64,000 bases of DNA from positions 1-64,000 of the forward strand of contig CAWAWS010000002.1 in NCBI GenBank assembly GCA_963785725.1, given 5' to 3'. The notes under the pieces were generated by a model. The model was not told where the DNA came from. It ran no database searches and was given only the letters and a program-made list of their open reading frames with translations. Origin of the DNA: an uncultured delta proteobacterium (GTDB lineage Bacteria; Myxococcota_A; Polyangia; Palsa-1104). Positions 57,254 to 64,000 of the stretch are shown here, piece after piece (the stretch's first letter is position 1; each line of letters opens with the position of its first letter). Both the position numbers and the translations under genes were made by a program.

Positions 57254-57481
57254 ATGCGCCGCTCCGGCGAATACGTCGCGCAATGGAAGAAGGCGGCCAA
57301 GAAAGAGCGCGGCTGCAAGGTGTGTGGCGCGTCGCGATTGCGCAAGAAGGAGCTGGGCGAAATGCTCGACCTGACGCCGCGCAAGGACGTCAAAGCGCAG
57401 CGCAAGGCGATTCGCTTGGCGGCCGCGCAGCTAGCGGGATATTGCAGCACCAAGTGCCGTCAGCTCACCGAGCAGGCGTGA
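57254..57481 (+). CDS. Small basic protein with CxxC...CxxxC (possible Zn finger)
   Basis: CKVCG...YCSTKC; Lys/Arg-rich; precedes the Sel1 gene. Confidence 0.6.
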   Translation: MRRSGEYVAQWKKAAKKERGCKVCGASRLRKKELGEMLDLTPRKDVKAQRKAIRLAAAQLAGYCSTKCRQLTEQA

Positions 57482-57503
57482 CGCGGTATCGCGCGACTGA
57501 CGC

Positions 57504-58148
57504 ATGATGCGCGGTCGCAGCACCGCCGGCTTCGTATGCGTCGTGCTGACACTCGCTGCTTGCGCCGGCACTCGACCCGCCAGCCGCGCTGACCCCATCG
57601 ACACGTGCACGCCGGGCAACGCCGCTGCCTATCACGAGCGTGCCCGCGAGCTCGAGCAGCGCGACCCGGCCGCGAGTCTTCGCGCGCTATCTTGCGCGTG
57701 CGTGCTGGAGCACGCCGAGTCCTGCTACGACCTCGCCGTTTACGAAGCGGACCACGGCGGAATCTCCAGCGCCGTCACCCACTACGAGCTCGCGTGCCGA
57801 CTGCGCCACGCGCCAGCCTGCTACAACCTCGGCACTTGTCTCGTCAGCGGTCCGTGCCCGAGCGACGCCACGCGCGGCGCGCAGTTGCTCCGTCAAGCCT
57901 GCGAAGGCGGCGTACCGCACGCCTGCCTCAATCTCGGCAACAGCTACGTTCTCGGCCGCGGCGTCGAGCGCCGCCCCGACGAGGGCGTGGCGCTTCTCGC
58001 GCGCACCTGCGACGCCGGCGTCGCCCTCGCCTGCTACAACTTGTCCGTCCTCTTGACCACCGGCCCGGTCGCGCACGACGAAGCACGCGCCGCCGAGCTG
58101 CGTGAGCGTGCGTGCCGCGGCGGCGTCGAAGGCGCCTGCGCACCGTGA
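57504..58148 (+). CDS. Sel1-like repeat lipoprotein (Cys-rich, Hcp-like)
   Basis: LAAC lipobox; repeated AC.....AC.NLG....G.GV.....A units. Confidence 0.88.
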   Translation: MMRGRSTAGFVCVVLTLAACAGTRPASRADPIDTCTPGNAAAYHERARELEQRDPAASLRALSCACVLEHAESCYDLAVYEADHGGISSAVTHYELACRLRHAPACYNLGTCLVSGPCPSDATRGAQLLRQACEGGVPHACLNLGNSYVLGRGVERRPDEGVALLARTCDAGVALACYNLSVLLTTGPVAHDEARAAELRERACRGGVEGACAP

Positions 58149-58174
58149 GACTCGTTGCAACCTTGGGAGAAGAG

Positions 58175-59179
58175 ATGCTCCGCCCGAAGATTCACTCGAT
58201 GCCGCGGCTCGGCCGCTTGCTCGCCGCGGTCTGTCTCTGCACGTCCATGGTCGCGCGTGCCGCCGACCCGACTCCGCCGCCGCCCGTTCCCAAAGTGGCG
58301 ACGCGAGCGCTCGTCATCTCCATCGATGGGCTGCGTCCCGATCTCTTGCTGCGCGCGAACACACCGAACATTCACGCGCTGCTCGATGCGGCGAGCTTCA
58401 GCTTCTGGGCGCGTACGACTGAGCTGTCGATCACGCTGCCGTCGCATACGAGCATGCTCACCGGCGTCGTCCCCAAGACGCACGGCATCCAGTTCAACAA
58501 CGACGGCGGCCCCGACGATCCGATTGCGCCTTCGGTGCCGACGCTGTTTCAGCTCGCCCATCGCGCCGGCTACTCGACTGCGCTCGTCGCCGGCAAGAGC
58601 AAGTTTCACATCCTCGCGAAGGACACGACGTACAGCCAATATCCGCCGCGCAAGCACGAGTTTACGGACGACGAGACGGCGACGCGTGCGGCCGAGCTCA
58701 TCCTCGCGCACGCGCCGGACGTCATGTTTGTGCACTTCGGCGACGTCGACGCCGCGGGCCACTCGGTGGGCTGGGGCAGCGCCGAGCAGATGGCCGCCAT
58801 CGCCCGCGCCGATGCCGCCGTCGGCATGGTCCTGACGGCGCTCAAGATCAAGAAGCTCTATCAGTCGACGGTCATCATCATCTCGGCCGATCACGGCGGC
58901 ACAGGCCGCTGGCACGGTCCGAACGACCCGCGCGCGCGAACGATTCCGTGGATCGCGCTTGGCCCCGGCATCAAGGCGAACAACGACCTGTCGGCGATTC
59001 GCGACCTCTCGATCAACACCGAAGACACGTTCGCGACGGTGTGCGCGCTGCTCGGCATTACCGTTCCAGGCGCGATCGATGGCAAGCCCGTCTGGCAGAG
59101 TCTACAGCCACCGACGCCGACCGCCGGCGCGACGTTCCCGACTCAGTCGGCATCAGCGCCGTTTACGCCCCCCAAGTAG
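58175..59179 (+). CDS. Alkaline-phosphatase-superfamily (NPP/phosphodiesterase-type) enzyme
   Basis: ISIDGLRPD, SITLPSHTSMLTG, D.AGH..GW, SADHGG..RWHG. Confidence 0.88.
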   Translation: MLRPKIHSMPRLGRLLAAVCLCTSMVARAADPTPPPPVPKVATRALVISIDGLRPDLLLRANTPNIHALLDAASFSFWARTTELSITLPSHTSMLTGVVPKTHGIQFNNDGGPDDPIAPSVPTLFQLAHRAGYSTALVAGKSKFHILAKDTTYSQYPPRKHEFTDDETATRAAELILAHAPDVMFVHFGDVDAAGHSVGWGSAEQMAAIARADAAVGMVLTALKIKKLYQSTVIIISADHGGTGRWHGPNDPRARTIPWIALGPGIKANNDLSAIRDLSINTEDTFATVCALLGITVPGAIDGKPVWQSLQPPTPTAGATFPTQSASAPFTPPK

Positions 59180-59247
59180 ACGGCTCGTCGACAACCTTTG
59201 ATGCGGCAGACCTTCGCCACCAAGAATCGATGTAAAGATACGCTCTC

Positions 59248-60243
59248 GTGAAAAGACGCCCTCTTATTGACCGTCGCTTTGGAAGAACAGATTCTGACGG
59301 CATGGACAGGAAGCGTCGCCGCGAATCCGGTTCCGCGAAAGCGACTCTCACGGATCGCGAAATGATGTTGCGCGCCGTTGCGCTCGCTCGAAACTGCAGG
59401 AGTGAGAAAGGAAAGACATCCCCAAAGGTCGGCGCGGTCGTCGCCCGCGATGGCCGAGTCCTCGGCGAGGCTTTCCGGGGCGAGCGCAAGCCAGGACAGC
59501 ACGCGGAGTTCACGCTTCTCGAAGGAAAGCTCTCGGAAGAGCTGCTCGCCGGCGCGACCCTGTTCACGACGCTCGAACCCTGCACATCGCGTAATCACCC
59601 GAAGATCCCGTGCGCAGAACGGATCGTCGAGCGGCGCATCGCACGAGTCTTTATCGGAACCCTCGATCCGAACGACCGAATTCGTGGCCGCGGCGAGCTG
59701 CGGTTACGGGACGCGGGCATTCACATCGCGCGGTTCGACTCCGATCTGATGGCAGCGATCGAGGAGATCAACCGCGAGTTCACACGTTCCCAACGCACGG
59801 GTCCGATGGAACGAAGCCCGTCCCAGACCCATGACCCCGTTTCACCGGATGAAGTCGGTCCGAATGGTCACCGAATCGGCTACACGAAACGTGGCGACAA
59901 GGTCGAATGGATTCCAGACGAGGAGCATCCGAATCGGGAATGGCCTCTTCTGCTCAGACGCAACGACAAGTCGATCCTTAAGGAATACAAAGAGCATTGG
60001 GACAAGGTTTGGTGGAACAGGCATCAGAACTGGGTCCATCGAATAAAGACGGGCGAAGAGCAGCTTACGGCGGAGCAAAAGCCCGTATTTGAGCGAGCGC
60101 GCAAAGCTGCAAAGCGAATCGAGAAAAAATACGGGCGGAAGAATCTGGGCTGGGACGACTTCGAGTGGGGCCTGTTGAGCGGACGGTTGTCTGCTCTGTC
60201 GTGGGTACTCGGATCTGAATGGAACGAGTCTCTCGACACGTAA
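59248..60243 (+). CDS. Zn-dependent deaminase (RibD-N/dCMP-type) fused to an unassigned Trp-rich C-terminal domain
   Basis: [30 protein letters not shown]-terminus WDKVWWNRH...[26 protein letters not shown] is not a RibD reductase. Start may be 59302. Confidence 0.85.
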   Translation: MKRRPLIDRRFGRTDSDGMDRKRRRESGSAKATLTDREMMLRAVALARNCRSEKGKTSPKVGAVVARDGRVLGEAFRGERKPGQHAEFTLLEGKLSEELLAGATLFTTLEPCTSRNHPKIPCAERIVERRIARVFIGTLDPNDRIRGRGELRLRDAGIHIARFDSDLMAAIEEINREFTRSQRTGPMERSPSQTHDPVSPDEVGPNGHRIGYTKRGDKVEWIPDEEHPNREWPLLLRRNDKSILKEYKEHWDKVWWNRHQNWVHRIKTGEEQLTAEQKPVFERARKAAKRIEKKYGRKNLGWDDFEWGLLSGRLSALSWVLGSEWNESLDT

Positions 60244-60519
60244 GATCATTGCATACGTCACTGTAATTGAGCATGACGGATTGCGCCGAAAATGCCGTTC
60301 GCTGCTAATTGTGAAGATCGCTGAGCTTTCCTTTTTACGCGGGTAATTCGCGACAAAATCGCAGCACTATTATTCGGCTAAGCGCGCAGAACTATTGAGT
60401 CGGTTTTTGAGACTGGCGAGAATTTATATCGCCAATGAGCGCGGACAGTTAACCGATTGGGGCAGGAAAATCGCGCCGCGCGCCCCCAAAACGACGACTC
60501 CTCATCGTTAAAGCCGTCT

Positions 60520-61439
60520 TCAAATAAGGATTTCGTCGACTAATAGCGCCCACGGATGCGGCTTCGATCGCCTGTTGTCCGCCTTCTCTTCTATCTGCTC
60601 GAAGCCGGTCCAGATCTCGTCGCGGTAACGACGTGGCGTCGGCTCGCTGCTGACCGCGTTCGGCAAGCCCGCAATGACTACGAGCCCCTCATCTTTTCGG
60701 TCGTCAATCGCAGCGACCACGCGAACGACAACACGAATTGGCGTACCATTTGACGCGTGGACTTGGAGCGCGCGCGTCTGGGCGGCGTCCATCGTGATGA
60801 CGGTGAGCAAGAAGGGCCTCGGCAACGTGCCAATGCGACGGCCAATCTCGAAACGAGCGCCCGTTGCGTGCGGGATTCCAAGGACGAGGCAATCCGAGTA
60901 CCGCAGGCCGCGTTGGCTCGTGACCTCGCCATCGACGTAGTAACGCTCGCCGGCGTGGGCCGCGTAAGCAGTGAAGACCTCGACCAACTGCGCCGGGCCG
61001 AAGGGCGGAATAGGGCCGTTCTTAGTCGACACCGACGGTCGCTCGCCCGCCTTTCGTTCCGCGGCAACGAAGACGTCTAAGCTGGAACGGGGTGGCAGCT
61101 CGTCGGCGATGCGTGACGCCTTGGCGGGAGCCGCAGGCGCCTCGGTCGCCTGGAGCTCCATCCAGTCAACCTCGCTCGTGCCAAGCGCTGTGAGCGCAGC
61201 GCGATGTTCTTGAGCGTCTTTGGGTACACCCAGGACCGCCGACCATGCTCGAGATCGATGATGGTTTTGGCGTCGACCTCGGCTTCGGCAGCCAGATCGC
61301 GAATCGAAACTTCGACGTCGTTCCGAAGCTCGCGCAGACGCTTGCCGTTACAGGCGATTCTCTGGCCGCGCGTCACTTCGACGGTTCTACCAAAGACACG
61401 ACGGGTCGGCCAGATGATGGAGTCCGCTGGAGAGTCCAC
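60520..61439 (-). CDS. XRE-HTH protein with C-terminal domain, split by one apparent frameshift near 61200
   Basis: NGKRLRELR...SIRDLAAEAEVDAKTIIDLEHG..YPKTLKNIA continues in another frame as AALTALGTSEVDWMELQ into ORF 60520..61161. Confidence 0.65.
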
Positions 61440-61496
61440 CGCGCACCACCGGGCTCTATCCTTGCCGCACCATGCGCCACGCTAAACCCTCACGTA

Positions 61497-62126
61497 ATGA
61501 GCGAGAGCGAGCTCGACGATCAGCGGCTGCTGGAGCAAGTCTGCAACCGCAACCCGCGCGCCTGGTGCGTGATGGTTCGCCGCCACGAGTCGCGGCTGCG
61601 CGAGGCCATCCGCGAGGCTGCCGACGCGGATGCGCCGCTTCGCACCGACCAAGTGGACGACGTCGTCGGCGACCTGTGGCTGCTCTTGCTGGAAGACGAT
61701 CTGCGACGGCTGCGCAGCTTTCATGGCGACGACCTCGGCGCATGGTTAGCGATGGTCGCTTGTCAGGTCGCCATGAACCGCATTCGCGAGCTGGCGCGCG
61801 AACCGCCGACCGAGCCGCTCGACGAAGAGCTTCACGCTCATGCAGCGTCCGATAACGAGAAACGAATTATCGTAAATCATTCAACTCGACCGAAAGTTGA
61901 ATATGTCACTGTATCCGAGGCTGCTCGCGCACTGAGCGTCTCGCCCAAGACCGTCTATCGCCTGGTCTGGCGCGGCGAGCTGCCTTCGAGGCGGGTCGGC
62001 CGAACCCTCCGCATCGCTTCCTCCGCGCTCACCGTCGCTGGCGGGTCGGCTCCCAGGGCTGGAATTGGTCGGACCAGCATGATAGAGTCCAAGCGTAGGT
62101 CGCGTTCCGGCATGGGAGCTCGATGA
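61497..62126 (+). CDS. ECF sigma region-2-like domain fused to an excisionase-type HTH
   Basis: DDQRLL...AW..MVRRH...DDVVGDLWLLLLEDD.RRLRSF.G..LGAWL..VA...AMN.IR, then YVTVSEAARALSVSPKTVYRLVWRGELPSRRVGRTLRI. ATGA overlap with the integrase. Confidence 0.8.
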   Translation: MSESELDDQRLLEQVCNRNPRAWCVMVRRHESRLREAIREAADADAPLRTDQVDDVVGDLWLLLLEDDLRRLRSFHGDDLGAWLAMVACQVAMNRIRELAREPPTEPLDEELHAHAASDNEKRIIVNHSTRPKVEYVTVSEAARALSVSPKTVYRLVWRGELPSRRVGRTLRIASSALTVAGGSAPRAGIGRTSMIESKRRSRSGMGAR

Positions 62127-63325
62127 TGCCGGCGTACAAGGACGAACGAGATGGTCAATGGAGATGGCGGCGCATAATTCGATATTGGGACGGCCGAAAA
62201 GTAAGGGAAAGAGGTACGCCCCAAATCAACACGAAGGAAGCCGCGATTGCGGACGAGACGCGCGCAATCCGCGAAGCGGAGAAGCCGCCGGCCGCCAAAC
62301 CGAAGGAGGTGCCGACACTACGACAGTGGATTTGGGGCGCGGTCGATCCTGAGCCGCGCAGCGCAAAGCCGAAGGGACGTTTCTGGATGGAGTGGGTGTT
62401 GTCGAAGGAGAACAAGGCGAGCGAGATGGAAGCGAGGCTGTCGATCTATCGGCACCACCTCGGGCCGGCGTTCGGCGACACGACGCTGGACGAGATCGAC
62501 ATTCCTGCGATTGCTCGCTTCCGCACGTCGCTGCGGCAGGACAAGCAGCTCACCAAGAAGACGTGCAACAACATCCTCGCCGTCCTCAGCAAGACGCTGC
62601 GGTACGCGGCGGACGCGCAGGTCATCACGCACGCGCCCAAGGTCGGTCTCTTCAAGCTCGAGCGTCCCGAGATCGAATATTGGGACTATCGGCAGTACGC
62701 GCGCGTTCTCGAAGCCGCGCGGCGCGAAGGCGCCGAGTGGTACGCGGCGGTCTGCTTGGCTGGCGAGGCAGGCTTGCGCGTCGGCGAGGTGCGAGCGTTG
62801 CGCTGGCGTGAGGACGTCGACCTCGTCGCCGGAACGATCACGGTCAACGAGCAGACGCGTCATGGTGTCACGGGCACGCCGAAGGGCGGACGGCGACGCA
62901 AGATTCCGATGACGCAAACACTCGTCGCGGCGCTCAAGCGGCTCGACGTCGTTCGCAGCGGTCTCGTCGTCCGCAATCTGGACGGCTCGCCCAAGAGCGA
63001 TGGCGAGACGACGCACGCCATCCGTCGAGTCTGCCGCGGGGCAGGCTTGCCGGAGACCGGCTGGTATCGCCTGCGACACACCTTCGGGACGCACGCAGCG
63101 CTGCTCGGGCTCAACCCGTTCCGGCTGCAGGCGTACCTCGGGCATCGCTCGATGAACGAGACGATGCTCTACGTGCACCTGGCCGAGGCGCACTCGCGTC
63201 CGACGCCGCCCGAGATCCTGCGAGCAGCCGAAGGCGAGACCGACCCCGATCGACGCGTCCTGGCCATGCTCGGTGGCCGCATCGGCGTGCCGCGTGGCCA
63301 GGAACAGGAGCTCGCCATGGCGTAG
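62123..63325 (+). CDS. Tyrosine recombinase/integrase
   Basis: GLRVGEVRALRW (R), TPKGG (K), YRLRHTF (HxxR with H>Y), LGH, TMLYVH (Y); arm-binding-like N-terminus. Confidence 0.93.
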   Translation: MMPAYKDERDGQWRWRRIIRYWDGRKVRERGTPQINTKEAAIADETRAIREAEKPPAAKPKEVPTLRQWIWGAVDPEPRSAKPKGRFWMEWVLSKENKASEMEARLSIYRHHLGPAFGDTTLDEIDIPAIARFRTSLRQDKQLTKKTCNNILAVLSKTLRYAADAQVITHAPKVGLFKLERPEIEYWDYRQYARVLEAARREGAEWYAAVCLAGEAGLRVGEVRALRWREDVDLVAGTITVNEQTRHGVTGTPKGGRRRKIPMTQTLVAALKRLDVVRSGLVVRNLDGSPKSDGETTHAIRRVCRGAGLPETGWYRLRHTFGTHAALLGLNPFRLQAYLGHRSMNETMLYVHLAEAHSRPTPPEILRAAEGETDPDRRVLAMLGGRIGVPRGQEQELAMA

Positions 63326-63334
63326 CCCGATCGC

Positions 63335-63355
63335 CGTGGCCACAGCGTGGCCACA
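63335..63355 (+). repeat. Direct repeat CGTGGCCACA x2 (candidate integrase arm site)
   Basis: 11-bp period; related GTGGCACC x2 at 63591-63609. Confidence 0.6.
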
Positions 63356-63384
63356 ACTCGTTTTCGACCAATAGGCCCAAAACG

Positions 63385-63416
63385 AAAAAGCCCCAAGTCC
63401 GAGAGGACTTGGAGCT
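63385..63416 (-). terminator. Rho-independent terminator downstream of the tRNA fragment
   Basis: AGCTCCAAGTCC-TCTC-GGACTTGGGGCT followed by TTTT on the minus strand. Confidence 0.8.
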
Positions 63417-63425
63417 GAAAAGCAA

Positions 63426-63453
63426 TGGAGCGGGAGACGGGACTTGAACCCGT
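63426..63453 (-). mobile_element. att core: 3' fragment of a tRNA, probably tRNA-Gly
   Basis: ACGGG-TTCAAGT-CCCGT T-arm, CTCCCGC acceptor strand, U73 and CCA; no D or anticodon arms upstream. Confidence 0.85.
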
Positions 63454-63590
63454 CAAGGCAGGAAATCGAAAACCGGAGGCGCGACGCTGGCTTGCGACGT
63501 ATCCTCTGATTTTAACTGCCGATTTCTCCTTGGGTACGGTCCATTTCACTCCGGCTCAAACCGCCTCGGAACCTTCAAATCCGGAGCGCT

Positions 63591-63609
63591 GTGGCACCCG
63601 CGTGGCACC
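63591..63609 (+). repeat. Direct repeat GTGGCACC x2 (candidate arm site on the other side of the core)
   Basis: 11-bp period, same orientation as the 63335 repeats. Confidence 0.55.
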
Positions 63610-63789
63610 GGCTTTCGCACAGCCGAAGCTCACGTCTCGACTGCGGAATACATTGAGCGCTTCCGCGAGGGCCTACGCAAGCTGATGTTGCGTGGAACAT
63701 GCGAGGCACTCGAGCCCAGGAATTCGTCAACCGAGCGCGCCCGCGACCTCAAATCGACCAACGCTGCCATTCGCGCCAACCGCACCCGC

Positions 63790-63960
63790 CGCCCCGTGAC
63801 GTAGAGCCCCATCGCCCGTCTGCGCTCGGGCCGGCCCATGCCATCGACCATCGAGTCGATAAAGCCACCAAACTCGCAATCCAGTCGATCGATCTCTCGC
63901 TTCATGCTGACGGTAGATCACATTATCGGATCGCGAGCAACAAGTGAGCAGGTAGTACTA
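63790..63960 (-). mobile_element. IS701-family remnant (transposase N-terminus)
   Basis: MKREIDRLDCEFGGFIDSMVDGMGRPERRRAMGLYVTG resembles IS701 N-termini (GR.ERR....Y..GL); truncated after it. Confidence 0.65.
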
Positions 63961-64000
63961 TGACGTCCAATGCTGCAGTGTTTCTCTTGACTCCGGATGA

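Noticed and set aside
59248..60243. Annotation as ribD
   Set aside because: No reductase domain and no riboflavin gene context.
63426..63500. Complete tRNA gene
   Set aside because: Only the T-arm and 3' acceptor strand are present; the upstream sequence cannot form D or anticodon arms or the 5' acceptor strand.

Overview
GC-rich bacterial DNA. The gene repertoire (Ser/Thr kinases, ECF sigma factors, Cys-rich repeat lipoproteins, PEGA proteins) points to a Myxococcota/Polyangia-like genome; this is inference. The window is an accessory mosaic of intact modules separated by gene remnants and IS fragments (IS3, IS481, IS66, IS701, plus one intact ISAzo13 with terminal inverted repeats and a TTA duplication). 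Main modules, in order: (1) sigma factor + Kelch-repeat kinase; (2) STAND-kinase/PEGA/Cys-rich triad; (3) a nitrilase + hypothetical + GrdB/PrdB-like selenoprotein operon, which the ORF track splits at an in-frame UGA followed by a SECIS-like hairpin, next to an MsrPQ-like pair; (4) an MMPL + two radical SAM + CDP-alcohol phosphotransferase + GT4 + GT-C glycolipid-type cluster; (5) an orphan deaminase toxin tip with a DUF416-like partner; (6) a 13-kb mirror-arranged locus with two paralogous sensor-less histidine kinases, two knottin-like lipoproteins, an RND efflux system and a porin, tied together by four perfect TAAGG-N6-CCTTA boxes; (7) the end of an integrative element at a tRNA-Gly 3' fragment, carrying a tyrosine integrase, a sigma2-excisionase fusion and a deaminase fusion gene. 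The many single-base frameshifts at 48.4-52.8 kb look like sequencing errors. No CRISPR array, rRNA or complete tRNA was seen. Family calls come from motif recognition by eye, not database searches.
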